Source: a virus. From it: 64,000 nt of DNA. The stretch covers positions 1 to 64,000 of IMG/VR virus record IMGVR_UViG_3300031992_000092; one strand, written 5' to 3'. This document shows, one piece after another, positions 35,559 through 50,100 of the stretch. The notes beneath the pieces are model-generated. The model was not told the DNA's origin, made no database searches, and saw only the letters and a program-made list of their open reading frames with translations. Numbering within the stretch: the first letter of the stretch is position 1; each line of letters opens with the position of its first letter. The translations under genes were made by a program, and so were the position numbers.

Positions 35559-37802
35559 CTATCCTTCATAAACCGTTTGCCAGCTATCATTTTTAATATT
35601 TCCTCAAGATCCCTGGTCTAATATATCTTGCCATGTTTGCGGGCTATGGAGATTACTATTATTTCTATCTATAAACTCGCTACATGTAATACTGCTAGTT
35701 CCAGTTGGTTCTAAAGGAATAGTTATCGTTTGAATAATATAATTCCCATGAGTATTAGTGCTTTCATCATTAATACTTATTCGACTATTGGGTTCAAGAT
35801 ATAAATTTGGAATAATTGTTAAATTAATTGTAGTTGCATAATTAGTATGTGCATATAATTGATATTTAATTTGTTCATATGCTGGATTATAAAAACCACC
35901 TAATGCTAATGCATTATAAACATTTTTTGTTACTTGTGTTCAAGGTTGAAAATTAGCATTACATTCTGCAATAGCTTCTTGTAGATTAGTATCATCTACA
36001 CTCAAAAAAACTAAATTAGGAATATCAGCAGCAAATAAACAATTTACATCATCATTATTATCTACAAGTGTTCTAATTCCAATATTATTAACACTAAAAA
36101 TTCCTATGGAAGAAGTTGGTTCAATAAAATCTAAAAAATAATTCCCATCACATAAAGATTGAATTCTCTTAGAACCTTTTTCTTTTACTCTATAGAAACA
36201 ATTATTTTCTAAATCATACATTTGAGGTCAGAAAGCTTCAAGCTCCGCAAAATATCTATTACTTTGTGTACCATTCTTTTGAGCTTCTAAACCTTGATAA
36301 TATAACTCTGTTCTTCAATCTGTTGGAGTTACAAAAGCAGAAAATTTAACAAACACATGTTCTTTCCATTTTTCTCCATCTCAAGAATAAACAGTATTAT
36401 CTTGTTTATTGTAATATATTAATCCTATAATTCCTGGTAATCCACTATTAGTTGGATTAGAATTTACAATTAAAGGAACAATAGCTTTAGTATAATCCGT
36501 ATCAGTTTCTTTATATAAAAGAATATCTGAATGTTCAGATAATTGTGGTTTTTTATCAATTGCTAAATGATAAAAAACATCACTGTTGATTCCAGAAAAA
36601 GTATTTTTTCTTAATCCATGAATGATATAATCATTCTTAATATTAGTATAATTAGGATTTTTATTAATACTAATTATATTTATTCCATCATCAAAAGAAT
36701 AAACCTCTGTAGGATTTGATATTTCAATCTCATAAGCAGATAATGTACCAGTAAAAATTAAATTACTACCAGAAGTTCCAAGTCTATCCAATAGTACAGA
36801 AGATTGAGATTTATTTAAATAATTTTTAATTTCTCTAAAATGAAATAATCCAAATTCATCATAAAAATACTCAAAATTTCCTAATGTATTTTTAATGGTA
36901 TCTAAAATATTTACAATATTATCTCCAGCATTTGCAATTAATTCATCTGGATATGTAAAGTCTGTATTCAAGTAACCTACATCATCTCCATATGATTTAA
37001 TTAATACATTAGTTAAATCAGCAGGTTCGTCTATGGTTGCTTGATAAGTAATATAATTAATATTATCAATTGTTTGCTCTTGCGGGATAAGATATAAGGG
37101 AGAACTCCCAACTCATTTCATAACTTCCTTTGCCCGCAAAGGTACATCTTCTATAATAATATTATTTAATGGTTCATTACCAAAATGATTTAATAATTCT
37201 TGAATTATACTAATTATAGGAACTTTTTTAGTAACATAACTTCCATCAGGTTCTTGCGTTCTTAACGTATCTAAAATAACCGTTGAAGGAAAAATTCCTC
37301 CTGAATCTCCATTTAAAAGACTCATTTTATCATTTAAGTTTAAAGTAATATTAACAGCAGAACTTAAACTAGATACACAAGAAAATTTATTTAAAACAAA
37401 TAAACCTTGCGGAAATCACAAAATTGGATAATCACTATAATATTCAGTATTATTTTTAATTCCAATTTCTACAAAAATTTTTTTATTTATAGAGAATATA
37501 TAATTAATATCTTCAATATTAACTTCTCCACCACTTACAGTAAAATTTAAAGTGCCTGTTCGTCTCATAGCAGAATTACCATCTTTGTTAATGGTTCCAC
37601 TAACAGCTTCTCCTTGAATTTCTTTAATTGGATTTTCATCTCAATCTAAAAGAGTTATTAAAACATACTTCTTTTGATTGATTTCTCATTCTAAAGATTT
37701 TAGAAAAGCTTGTTGAGATTCCTTGTCTGAAGTGTCATTTTGAAGATAAGGATATTTCTTAACAAACACTCTTCCTCCTTTTACTTCATAAAATTCATTC
37801 AT
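35559..37802 (-). CDS. baseplate/tail-tip structural protein (~747 aa)
   Basis: Track pieces 37113..37325, 36381..36971 and 35940..36221 are in one frame, joined by TGA=Trp. Start is ATG at 37802 or GTG at 37769, which lies 4 nt after AAGGAGG. Its position between baseplate genes and the tail fibre suggests the role. Confidence 0.5.
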
Positions 37803-37816
37803 AAATTAATAAAAAA

Positions 37817-37846
37817 GTGGGCAAAAAAATTCTACATTTTTGCCCA
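37817..37846. terminator. terminator hairpin GTGGGCAAAAA / TTTTTGCCCA
   Basis: 10-bp inverted repeat with embedded A/T runs, between two minus-strand genes. Confidence 0.45.
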
Positions 37847-37858
37847 ATCTACAAAGTT

Positions 37859-39517
37859 TTATTCAATAGAAATTATGCCTAGTTTGTGCATGTTATCTAG
37901 AGAATCTGCATCTGCTACTTCATAAGCCGTAGCTGAAAAATTATATAATCTTCTTGAAGTTCCTTGGAAAGGAGTAAGAGATATATCTGTGAGTATTACA
38001 ATTAAATTACCTTCTGTTTCTGAACGTAATAATTTAGGTTCTCCATCATTTAATCAATTTAAAAGTTCTTTTCTAAATATTCTTTCTCACAAATAATCAT
38101 TATATTCTGTAATTTGTTGATTATTATTATAATTATTATAAAGATTTTTAACTTCTGTATTAAAAATATCAGATTTATTTAAAAATAATGCTTGTTCATC
38201 TTCTTGACTAGAAATTAATCCACCAAATTGAAGAGACATATAATTCATTTTACCATTTTCCGCAAACTTAGGATACTTTCCTCCTAAAGTATCAAACTTA
38301 GTTCTATTAATATTCTGTCTGTAAGAAGTAATATTAATATTATAAGCTAATTTAATTTGCTTATCTGCTCTTGATAAAATTATATCATAAAAATCATTTA
38401 TAATAGCTTGTGTAGTATAAACAGGAGTAAATAAATCTTCTGCTTCATTAATAGAATTAGCATATCCAGCTTGTACTGAATACTTATATCAAACCATACT
38501 TTCTATAGTGTTATCTGTAATAGAAATATTAAATTTACCATTTGTACCAATATTTTTAATAATTTTTAAATCTTCTCAAACAGTAAAATTACTTGAACTT
38601 GATGTTCTTTTTACATATAAATTACAACATTTTCCTGAATACTGAATATCATTTTTAACATTTAAAATTATTAAACCATTCTCATTATCAGATTCTACCG
38701 TAAGAGTAGGATTAAAATATTGTGATTGTTGATTTTCTACAATTGTAATATAATAATCTTTAAAATCTGAATATAAATGTTTAGTTGTATATTCTACTCT
38801 AATAGTATAATTTCCAGCACTTAAATTTAAATTCATTAAATTTAATCTATAATATAAATGATTTACTTTTATATTATTACTAGTATAAACTTTTTCAGAA
38901 GAATATAAAATAGCATTATTACTGTTTCTAACACTAATAACGAAATAATGTAAATTATCTTCCGAAGTTAAATCACCATTTATTAATAAGATTCCTTGAT
39001 TAATAGAAGTCCTAGAAGAACTATTATCAGATAAATTTTGCATATTTAAAACAGGAGCTACAATTGGTTGTAATAAACAAACTGTAGACCATTCAGAAAA
39101 ATTTTCTTGATTTGTATTTAAATATTCAGCAGTAGAATTTGGAACTGTTCCACTTCCCGCGGAAGCAGTTTTATCAAATCTAATTTGTAATTTATAAATT
39201 TTATTAATATTTCAACCAGTTATAATACTATTATTATGTCTTTCTTTAATAATATCAGTTGGTTTCAAAGTAATATAATAACCATTATCATCATGATTAA
39301 TTCTTTGAATTATAATTCCAGTATTAGCAGCTCCAGTATTTAAAACATTTTCATTAGTATCTTGAGAAACTAAGGCAACATGAACATAATTAACATCTAA
39401 TGCTGTATTATAAGGAGAAAAAGCATAATAAAATTTAGCATCTTGTAAATATGAAAAGGCTGGAGCTATAGAATCTATCTGTGGAGGATATAAAGTATTA
39501 ATAATTGTTCCTGCCAT
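37859..39517 (-). CDS. structural protein, function unknown (~552 aa)
   Basis: Start after AGGGAGG RBS. Track pieces 39212..39517 and 38576..39043 are in frame. Continues through TGAs to TAA at 37859. Confidence 0.5.
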
Positions 39518-39537
39518 AGCCTCCCTCTTTCTTTATT

Positions 39538-39750
39538 TTATTCTACAGATTCTTCTTCCTCATTTTCTTCAGGCTCTTGGACTGTAATAGCTGTAATAAA
39601 TTCTTGGAAGATATCATCTTTAAGTTCAACTAAATAACTATTAACAGCATCTTCCATCATATAAGCTGGAACCTGATTTTGTTGTCTAATTGAAGAAAGA
39701 ACTCTTTTAACCATTTTTTGAACTTCTAATCTTAATTGTTGTTCTACCAT
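39538..39750 (-). CDS. small acidic protein (70 aa)
   Basis: Intact ORF with AAGGAGG RBS and an acidic C-terminal tail (EPEENEEEESVE). Confidence 0.5.
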   Translation of the reverse strand: MVEQQLRLEVQKMVKRVLSSIRQQNQVPAYMMEDAVNSYLVELKDDIFQEFITAITVQEPEENEEEESVE

Positions 39751-39822
39751 GAGAACCTCCTTGTATCTCTAAAAACCTTATTTATATTATACCCATTTTT
39801 TAAAAAATTTATACACAAATTT

Positions 39823-41589
39823 TTAATGTGGGTAGACAGTAATTTTAACAGTATGACTATCTATTTCAGAAGAACTTCCTGTTTTTAAAGTAAAAGAATT
39901 TACTATATATCTATTTGTGTCGTATATTTCAACGGTATCTGGAAGAGTGTCTATTACCAATATTCCTTCAACTGATGAAGCATCTATTTCATCTATTCTA
40001 CCAGTATGGACATCTGTAATATATACTTTTCTAGGTGCTTGTACAACTTGTCTACCATTTAACGTAGAACCACTAGTTTGAGAATGTACAATTTTGTGAT
40101 CAACAGCATTATCACAAATAATATGAAAAGTTATTTGACCTTTTGGTAAAGGTCTGTCATTACCAGAGACAAATTGTACAGAATAAACTTTATTAGCTTT
40201 CTTACGTTCTTCATATAATGTAGAACCACCTGAACCAGTATGACTTTCAAGATATTCTAATTTCATATCTTGTAAAGCTGCATCTTGACTTGCTTTATCA
40301 CTATTTTTAGTATAAATATTATCTGTTAATTGATTCATTTCTGCTTTTGAAGCTCTACGAACTTCTTTAGCATAATAAGTATCATCTTCAAAAATAGTTG
40401 ATTTTTGTCATGTTAATTGACCAGAACGAGGACTTAAATAAAGAACTTTATTACTAGCGTGAGAAAGAATAATTTGTTCAATTTTTTCTTCATCCCAATT
40501 CATTTCAGCTCTTTTTTGTAAATCTGGTTCTCCATAATGATGATAGTTAGCTTGTACTAACTCATCAAAAGGAATAACAAAATAAATTCCTCCAATACCA
40601 TATTCCATTCTAGCAGCATCATAAACTCTAACCTGAATTCCAGTAACACCATTTTGACGCCAATAGGCCCCAGATCAAAGTCCTTGACCAGAATATCAAA
40701 AATTAGAAAGATTATGAACCGGATATCAATCATGAGTTAATCAATATTCAAAAATTAAACCATCATCAGTATAATATCTATGACTATTACCAAATTTGAT
40801 TCTTTCTCCAGAATGATTATTAAAAGCATTACTATAAGCATCACCTATTTTAGCATGATTTAAAGTATCAATACTAAGTCCAGGCATCCAACCCATAGAA
40901 GTATAACTTGTAGCAGGTCCAACAGCCTCAGCTATATCACCACTAAAATTATACATTATTTCAACATTATTAATAACATTGAATTCTCATCCACCTTGCG
41001 TAGCATCTTGAGGATCTCAAACAGTATCGCCATGTTTCTGAACAGATTCAAGACCCAATAGAATGGAATTAGTTTGTACTTTGCGGGACAAGCCTGAAAA
41101 TCCTGTAATGTTTCCATTACTATCTAAGATTGGCTCAATATTTCCGTTTGGCATTACTATCTTATTTCAAGCTCAATCTTGACCCATTGCTGCTCCTTTA
41201 TAGGAGGTGCCTCCTCGATTGTCCATCCAATTTGTACCAGATAATGTTGCAGCATCAAAGTCAAAAGGTTGACCAATATCAACTTCTGACGTAAAAGGAG
41301 CAAATCCCGCAGGTTTCATAGGAGTTCTAGTAGTAATATTTACAGTCGCTTGAAAAGGAAACAATTGTCATTGTCCTCCACCAGCATTAAAATATAAATC
41401 TCTAGTGTTTCCAAAATTAAAACCGAGAGGGGCATTTATCTTTCCTCTCATCGTTGTATTATAAATATATCCTAAAGGATAAAATAAATGCCCTCTATAT
41501 CATACTTCTTTTACATGATTATTACCATAATAAATAGGTTCATTTCAAGTACGAAAGGAAGCATCTCTATAGTTAACTTCATTAAACAA
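39823..41589 (-). CDS. Trp-rich structural protein, function unknown (~588 aa)
   Basis: TTG start 7 nt after AGGAGG, abutting the stop of the upstream gene. Four track pieces are in one frame, joined by TGA. Confidence 0.45.
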
Positions 41590-41600
41590 TAGATTACCTC

Positions 41601-44600
41601 CTAACTATCAACAATAAAGTAAATTGTATCATCGTCCCGCACAAAATCTGTAGCATAAAATTCTTTACTACTAATTACTTTATGCTGAGTTTGAACTTCT
41701 TCAGAAAGAGTACCATATCTTTCTTGCGGATCAATGGTTGAACCAAGTTTATTAGCAACCTCTGCCATATCACTACCCATTGTTGACAATCTTTGATTAA
41801 TGTCTGCTAAATCTGTAGCATATTTATTTAAGAATTCATTAAAACCTTGTTTCAAATCTAAAAATTCTTTATATCAGCTATAAACTATTGCAGACCACAT
41901 ATAAATTGCATTAAATTGCTCTGCTACTGATTTAGATTGAGCAGCAGTCATATCAAATACTATATTATTATTATTATCTAAATGTGCTCCAATTAAAGAA
42001 TTAGTTTTACTACTTGCTCTAATTGGGTCTGAAATAAATTTATAATCAGCACCTCAAGCGCTACCTATCATTTCAATACTATGATCTTCTGTATTAGGAA
42101 TTGTACTATTTATAATAGTTCAAGGAGTTACAAGTCCAGGAGAAGCAACAACGCTTAAGTGTTTAGCTTTATTAGATAAGTCTAAACTTTGACTTGTAGA
42201 ATAAAGCTGTCCTGAATAAGAATTTAACGCAAAACTTCCTCCACTACCCCTATCTTGCGGAATAAGCTTTAATGTACTATCATCCGTTCCAGTTTTTGCT
42301 GTTATAATTATTCCTTGAGCGCTATTCGCGGATGTAATATTAATTCCATTTATTTGAGATGAAATATCTAAACCGTGACCAACCTTTAAAGCACTCTTTT
42401 TACCATGATTTAAGTAGAATTCAACAGTATTAGTGCTATTTCCATTAGCTTTACTGCTAATAACAGAAAAAGCATTAGCAGCATTAGAACCAGTTTTATA
42501 TCCTACTACCATTTGAGTAGCTTTACTATTAACTTGTAAATTATAATTAAGGTCTATCTCAGAAGTTCAATCTCCATTTAGAACCCTAATTTTATTATTT
42601 GTTGCTCTACTTGTTTTTCCAATTTCACCTGTAAAAGAACCATCTAATAATAAATTATGATTTATTAAAGAAGGGCTTATTTGATTTGTCTTATAAACAA
42701 GAGACTTAGAAAGAAGAACAAATTGTTCTTCTGCTACCAAACTAGTATTACCTTTTTTACTTATTACCAAACCTCTGACAACATCATTTAATTCATTTCA
42801 ATCTTCTCTAATTTGTTCATAAGCTGGTAAACCAGTTCTATTATCAAATAAAATATTTCCTTCTTTATCTGTTACAAAGTTTTTATGAACCAGTTCTAGA
42901 CTATTAATTTTTAATAATAAACCATCTTCTGCAAATTTACAAGTTCTTCTTGGATCGTTTACAGTATTTGCTCCATTAGCAAATAATCTAATTTCTTTAC
43001 CATGTAAACTGACAGGTCTGGCATATTCGTTTTGTAAATTACCACCTGTAATATATAAAGTAGAATCCGTAGCTTGTCTTGAACCACTTTGAACTTTATC
43101 AATAAAAGCTTTAAATACTGTTACATTACTTTCAGCAAAGTTATCACTACTAAGATTAACTTCATCAACAATACCTATATAACCATCTTCTACACCAAAA
43201 GCATCAACATCACTAATATTTAAATTATTATAATTATTTAGCAATGAATTAGCAAAGAAACGACCCTGTGCATCAATACCAACTTTTAATTGACGTTTTC
43301 AAGTATCTCCATCTTTATAATGACTAAAAATACTAAAAATAGATTTCTGATTAGGATCAAGTTGTAATTCTAGACTTTCCGCTTTTCCTTTATCTTTACT
43401 TCCTTGACCTGAAACAGTATTTTTACTACCTTTGATTGAAATATAAGCTGGTTCCGCAGATATTAAAATTCCACAATCTGTTGAGTTAATATCCTCAATA
43501 TGGCCTTCTGCGAAAGAATCTCTATAAGGTTTACCTGTTTGTATAGAATGTTTTCCTTTACTGTTAGTAATATTAAATAATGAATGTGAACCAATAGTCC
43601 AATTACCAATTAAACTTTCTCCATTTGGATTTAAAATAATTTTACCATTTTGATAATTATTATTTGCGGTGGCTACATCTTCTGGTAATCCAAACTCTGC
43701 TTTACCAGTTTTAGCATCTAAGAAAATAGAACGTCTACCAAAAGAATATCCCATTAAACCCACATCTTCTTCTTTTGGCTGTTCATAATGTTTTTCAACA
43801 CCCATTACAATACCAGTAAAAGTATTATCTTCTTCTTTTTTACCAGCACCAATTTGCGGAGCAAGGATATACCCATCATCTTCATTAATATCAATATGAG
43901 TACCATCTCACCCGTTCAATGACCGCAAACCATAAGTATTTAATAAGAAATTGATAGGAATTCAAAATTCTACTTCACAAGTATTATTTGGAATAATACT
44001 CCAAATATCTTTAGCATCATTTTCATTTGAATAAATTCTACCATGAATAACATTATTAAATCATTCTCCATTATAATTATCTTTTGGAGCAATATAACAC
44101 ATAAAACTATCAATTTCTTCAGAAATAGGAGTTACTATTCTTGGATAAGTAGTTCATTCAGAATGTTGTTTTTTCCAAGAGCCTTCACTTAAAGCTGCTT
44201 TTGGTTTATCATTTTTATTTATTAATAATTCAAAATTAGCAGTTTCACTATTATTATTTATACCACCTTGCGGTTCAATGGCTAGATATTTGGTTCCAAT
44301 TCCCATATTTTTTCAATTAAAAGAAAAACCTTGATTTTTATTATATAAAGGATTTTCTCCGTCACTACCATAAATAATAGTTTGTAAGGTTTTATGTTTA
44401 TCAAACCAAATAGTATATTCGCCATTTTCTCTATTAAGATATCTAATAATAGGAATTCCTAAGAAAGCATATAATTCACGAGTAATATCTTCATCTTTAT
44501 AAGACAATGTTGCTTTTACAATTTGATTAATTTGATTTTTACCAGAATCTATATTATCAGCAAAAGTACATAAACCATTTTGAGTATTAATAGATAAAAA

Positions 44601-47054
44601 TCTTGAAGTAGATTCTCCCAAGAGTCTCCAAGAAATATTATCAGTATTTTTAATATCTGCAAGTCTTCCCTCATAATATTTTTCAAACTGTAACATTAAA
44701 ATATTTTCTGAGAGTGCGGGACGTCCTATTACATTTCATGATGCAACTTCATTACCACCATCATTAATAGTCGTTTCAATTGATAATAAACTATCATCAA
44801 GAGTTTCTCGTCTACTAACGATTTTTCCCGCGTAACTAGTACCATTACTTCCATTTTCTCCAATTTTTAAGAAAGTAAAAGTAGTAGAATTAGAAAATAC
44901 TTGGTCTTGATAAGTTAATTGTACTGTAATTTGATTATTAGTTGCAGACACATCATAATAATCTTTTATTTTTAAAGGTAAAATATCTTCTTGATAATAT
45001 TTATATCCTTCATTTCCCGCAAAATTTTCTAAATTATATCCTTCAAAATCAAATAAAGTATTTGTTATAGGTACTATTCATTTATAATCATAATCTGCTA
45101 AATTAATTAATTCTCCTTCAGGAGAATAAAATAAAACAGATAAAGGATTAATTATCTGCGGCTCTTGGAATCTACTACTAGTAGGAGAAATACCATCTTC
45201 ATTATATTGAAATAATTGATTTCCATTTATAATTTCAATAGTATATCCACGCTCTTGAACATCTTCTCCATTAGTTAATCTTAAAGAAGCTGCTCCTAAA
45301 TAATAATCTATATTATTTATCTTTTGAGTTACAGTACATCCAATTTCTACATCTCCAGTTGTTGAAACTAAAGAAGTAGTAAAAAAGTTTTTATTAATAG
45401 TGGTATCATTATAAGCTTCAATTTCTCTTTTTAAAGATTGTGAAAGAGAAGTGTCTACTATTTGACTAGATATTCTTGCTTGATATTCTGCATCTACAGC
45501 GTTTTGATATTCTGTTTCTAATTGCTCTTTAGTTTTAACATATGTTACCGCTGTCTCTCCATTTGGAGAATAAATAGTTCTAGACCATCAGAATGAAAAA
45601 TCATTATTATTATAGTTATTAATAAAACTATTATCAACACCATCATGTCCATCTATTAAGCATTTAATAGTTATTGTACCATTAGTATAATCAAATTTTA
45701 ATCCTCTATTACTTTCTAATGTAACAGGATATTTCCGCATAAGATTATAAACTTTAAATGTTTCTGATAATACTACTTGTGGAGAATTATCTGTAGTAGT
45801 ATTTGCAATAGTTACTATTAATTTATATTCATTCTCATAAGCTAAACATTGAGAATCATAAAGAGTTATTTTTTTAGTTGTTGTATCTAATTTCTTTCAT
45901 TTAGCACCAGCTAAATAAGAATAATATTCAGAACTAGAATTTATTCTATCATCTCTTAAAAATCAATTATAACTGGTTTGAGTTTCATCAGAAATATCTG
46001 TATTTTGTTTATATAAAACAATAGCTTGAAATCTTAAACTTTGTCCACTATAAGAAAAATTTGTTCCATCTAGGGGAGAAATAATTAAATTATAATTATT
46101 ATCTGATATACTTGCGGGATTAGCACTAAAAAGTTCTAAATTTGAAATGAAGATGTCATCATCATCTATTCCCACAACACTTGTAGATTCAAAATCTTTA
46201 CTATAAATTTCAACACTTTTTAAATATAAATAATTTGTTGAATCTATTGGATAAATCATATATTGATTTGAAGGTATTTCAAATCTAAATGGATTACCAA
46301 TCATTTGATCTGAATCTATAGTAAAACTTCTATAAATAATATCTTCTTGATTATAATATTCAATTAAACCAGAAGATGTTTCTTGTTGTTGAATTTTAGC
46401 ACCATCTTTTTTAAATGCTAAAGTAACACTATATCCATATTTACCAAATTGGGTTAATTTATGTGCATAAGATAATGCTGTGCGGAAAGTGGCTCCTAAT
46501 CAAATAAAGTTAGATTGTTCTAAACTAGCTCTAAAACCATTTTCATCAAAATTCATTTGCGGGATAGACCCTATTAAATTTACCAATTCAGTATTACTAT
46601 TTTCATATTGCTCTATTTTATAATATAAATATTTACCATCATGAGCTTTATATGAATTTAATCCTTGTGGAAAAGATACAGCTCCATTACTTAAACAATT
46701 ACCACTTGTCTTTTTATATTTATATTTTTCAATATCTAAAAGTGTTAATAATTCTTTATTTGAAGTTGTAGTAGCTTTTCCTGTAATTAATTTTGTATTA
46801 GTAAAATCTCCTAAAGGAACAAGTACATATACTAATTCATCTAAGGCATAACTTATATCTAAATTCTGGGCATAAGCAGTAAAAAATCCATCCTGATATT
46901 GAACTTTATATTCACCAGTCATAGAATTTGTACAACCTATAATAGAACAAATAATAGTTTTATCTAATTGTAATTCAGAAACTCGTTCTTTAATTAGATA
47001 ATCTGTTGCCTCTAATAAAGATTGTTGAATAGTTTGATTATCAACTCCTGCCAT
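41601..47054 (-). CDS. distal-tail / tail-associated (Dit/Tal-like) baseplate protein(s); about 1,817 codons in one frame, possibly more than one gene
   Basis: Start ATG after AAGGTGGTGA RBS at 47054. Nine track pieces are all in the same frame. Junctions checked at 46500, 45963 and 43805 are TGA. Terminal TAG at 41601. Its position immediately after the tape-measure gene suggests the role. Confidence 0.4.
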
Positions 47055-47061
47055 CTGTCAC

Positions 47062-47102
47062 CACCTTAAATGTAAAAAAAAAGAGCGAAGAACACAAAGG
47101 TT
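47062..47102 (-). terminator. hairpin plus T-run downstream of the tape-measure gene
   Basis: AAGAGCGA / TCGCTCTT inverted repeat at 47071-47078 and 47095-47102, with an A9 run on the plus strand (T9 on the transcript). Confidence 0.4.
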
Positions 47103-47178
47103 CCTCGCTCTTATAATAATCCTTTTGCTCTCTTTAGATAATAAAATTTATTAAGAGATATTTATTATTTTTTGCCCA

Positions 47179-50100
47179 CTATTTTTTTCTATGAGCATAT
47201 TGCGCAACATTATTTGTTAAACTTAATATTGCTTCTCTAATGTCATTTTCACTAGTAGCATTTGGGAAATTAGCTTCAATTTGAATATTCTGATTTAATT
47301 CCTGCATTTCTGTTGAAGAATTAATATTTTGAATATGTGACCCAAGAGATGAAGATGAAATATTAGAAATCATCTGTCTAATCAAATCAACTGCTTGTAA
47401 AATATTAACAGTATCTTGCGGATTAAGCACTAATTCTTTTTCATGAAGAATTGCTAAACGACCGTTATCTTGACTATCTCAATCTCCTGTATATCCACCT
47501 GTATCAAAACGACTTACATCAAATTGTGAGTAAGATGAATATCCTCCGCTTGCTCAACGATGTGGGTCATAATTATAACCATAACCACTATTAAATAAGT
47601 TTTGAACTGCACTATAAATAGCATCTCCAGTTTCTTGACCAAACTTTTCATTCATATAAGCATGCCTTGTTGGATCGTCACCTCATGAACCATAAGTTCA
47701 AATATTACCAGCAATACCTTCTACAAGGTCATCAAAACTATATCCTCTAATAGTGCTATCTCCGCCTCCACTAGGTGCGGGAGTAGCAAAGACAGAATTA
47801 TAACCAGCTACAGAACCAGTACTAGCAATTGCGGTACTATAAGAAGAACCACCACTTGTAGCATTAATAATATCTGTATTAATTGTAGCTGCTCTTTGAG
47901 CATTAGCAGCTTGTTGAGCAACTTCTTGTTCCATATTATAATTTCTAGATTCAGAAATAGCTAATTGATTTTCAAGTTGAGCAGCTCTTTGAGCATAAAT
48001 ACTTAAAGTATCTCTCATTGAACCAATTTGGCCGCCAAGCTCGTTAATATGTTGAGTATATTGCGCTACAACTCCTAAGTCATTATTAAGACTTTCAATA
48101 AAAGCATCTGTTTCATCTTTAAGTCTCATAGTTTCTTCTGTTGTTCCAGAAATAGCAGAAGTTACTTCTCCTAATGAATTTACTACATTTCCTGCTGCAT
48201 TTTCAACACTAGATTGCCATTCTGCAAAATTTTGAGTAGCATGTTCAATTAATTCATCGTTAGCAGCTTGTACCGTAATACCATCATTAATTCAACTTAA
48301 TGCAGAATTTGTAAATCTTTCATCAATTTCTGATAAAGTTTCATCATTACCTTCTGCAAAATCTTTCATAATATTATTGAAGGTATCAGTAGTATTAACT
48401 GTAATTGAAGAAGCAATATCAAGAGCATCTTGAAGAATATTACCTTGAGCTAATTCAAAAACTTTAGTTTCTCTTTCGAGATATTGTTCCATAGCTTCTG
48501 TCATAGCTTTAATTTTTTCTTCTTTTTGCTCTTCTGTTAGGGTTGTATCATTCATAATTTCTAGTATCGCATTACGAGTGTTCTGTAATACAGAAATTAT
48601 ATTTTCTTGGCTAGAAACTAAAGCGTTCTTAGAAATCTCATAAGCATTTTGTTGAGCATCTAATAAATCAGCAGCGGCAGAATTGGTATCATTATCATTT
48701 GCGGTATAAACATAAGAATAATTTCCTTGTCTATCTCGTTGCAAACGCATATTATTTTTATTATTTCTAGCTTCTTCTAATGCAATTGTTTTTTGAAGAA
48801 TCTCAAATTGAGCATTAGCATAATCAACTTGATATTGAGATAATTGAGTTTCACCTTGAAGTAATTCAAGCTGATTCATCATAGCATCTCTAATACGTTG
48901 TTGCGTTGTTAATGTATTAGTGCTATTTAATAAATTAGTATATTTATTTTGAAGTTTTTGAACTTCATAAGCACTTTCAACAACATCAAGATATTGTTCA
49001 GCATTTCTACTAATAATTTCTCATTGATCTGCATATTCACTTATTGTTTGACCATTAAGTAAAGAACGCTCTCAATCTTCTATGGCTTGTTCATTTTGAA
49101 GCTCAAATTTCTTATTAATAGTCTCTATCTGTTGTTCTGTTTGACTTCAAAGTGCTTTTTCTTTATCAAGAATTTTATCTTGAAGTTCATATCACTTTTG
49201 TAATCCATCTGCCGTTTCAATATTAAGCTCTTCTTGCATAGCTTTATAATTAGAAATAACTTGTTGGATAGTTGCTATTTGATTCTCATTATTTTCAATC
49301 ATATTATCATAAAGAATCATTAAGCTCTCATAATTACGACTATTACCATAAGTCATTTCAATAAGCTTTTGATAATGCTCTAATTTTTCATTAAGATGAT
49401 CAAACTTTGTTAATTGTCTATCTGTCTTATCATAAATTTCATTTAGATAATCAGAGAAAGCACTTTGCAACTCTTCATATTCTTGTACATATGTTTCAAG
49501 ATATTTCTTTGCACCATCTAAACTATTTTTAACAGCTTCATATAATTGAGCAGAATTTTTACCAAATATAGAACTTTCACCAGTAGATTCAAATTGGTCA
49601 ATTTGTTCTAATAGTTTATTCATATCTTCAATTTGTAGCTGGAATCAACCCTTATTTCCAGTTTCCATACTATCACCAGTACGAATACTATCCATAATAG
49701 ATTCAATATCTCCAACTCTACGAGCATAATAATCTCTTTCAGATTGAGTTAAACTCATATCTTGTGCTCGTTTAGCTGCTTCGTTAGCTTCCTTACTATA
49801 ATATTCTAGCATTGATTCAGTACCAGCATCCCAATAGTTGGAAAGTTTAGCTACTGCATTATTCATGCGGTCAAGCGGTCTATCTCCGCTTACAAGTTGA
49901 CTAAATAATGTATTGATATCGAGTACAGTTTCCCGCATATCCTTTAAGTTTGATATCATACTTACAGTTTTCTTATAAGCTTCAATTTGCAAATCTTCAA
50001 TTTTATTATAGAATTCTTCAATTGCTGTTTCAGATTGTTCAATCTCTTCAGATACTAATTGATCATATCTTTGAATATCTTCTTGATATTGATCTAAAGC

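Noticed and set aside
46419-46421. In-frame TAG that would split the 47054..41601 baseplate ORF after 211 codons
   Set aside because: This was my own off-by-one error when reading the sequence. Recounting position by position gives continuous sense codons (…KYGYSVTLAFKKDGAKIQQQE…) through this point.
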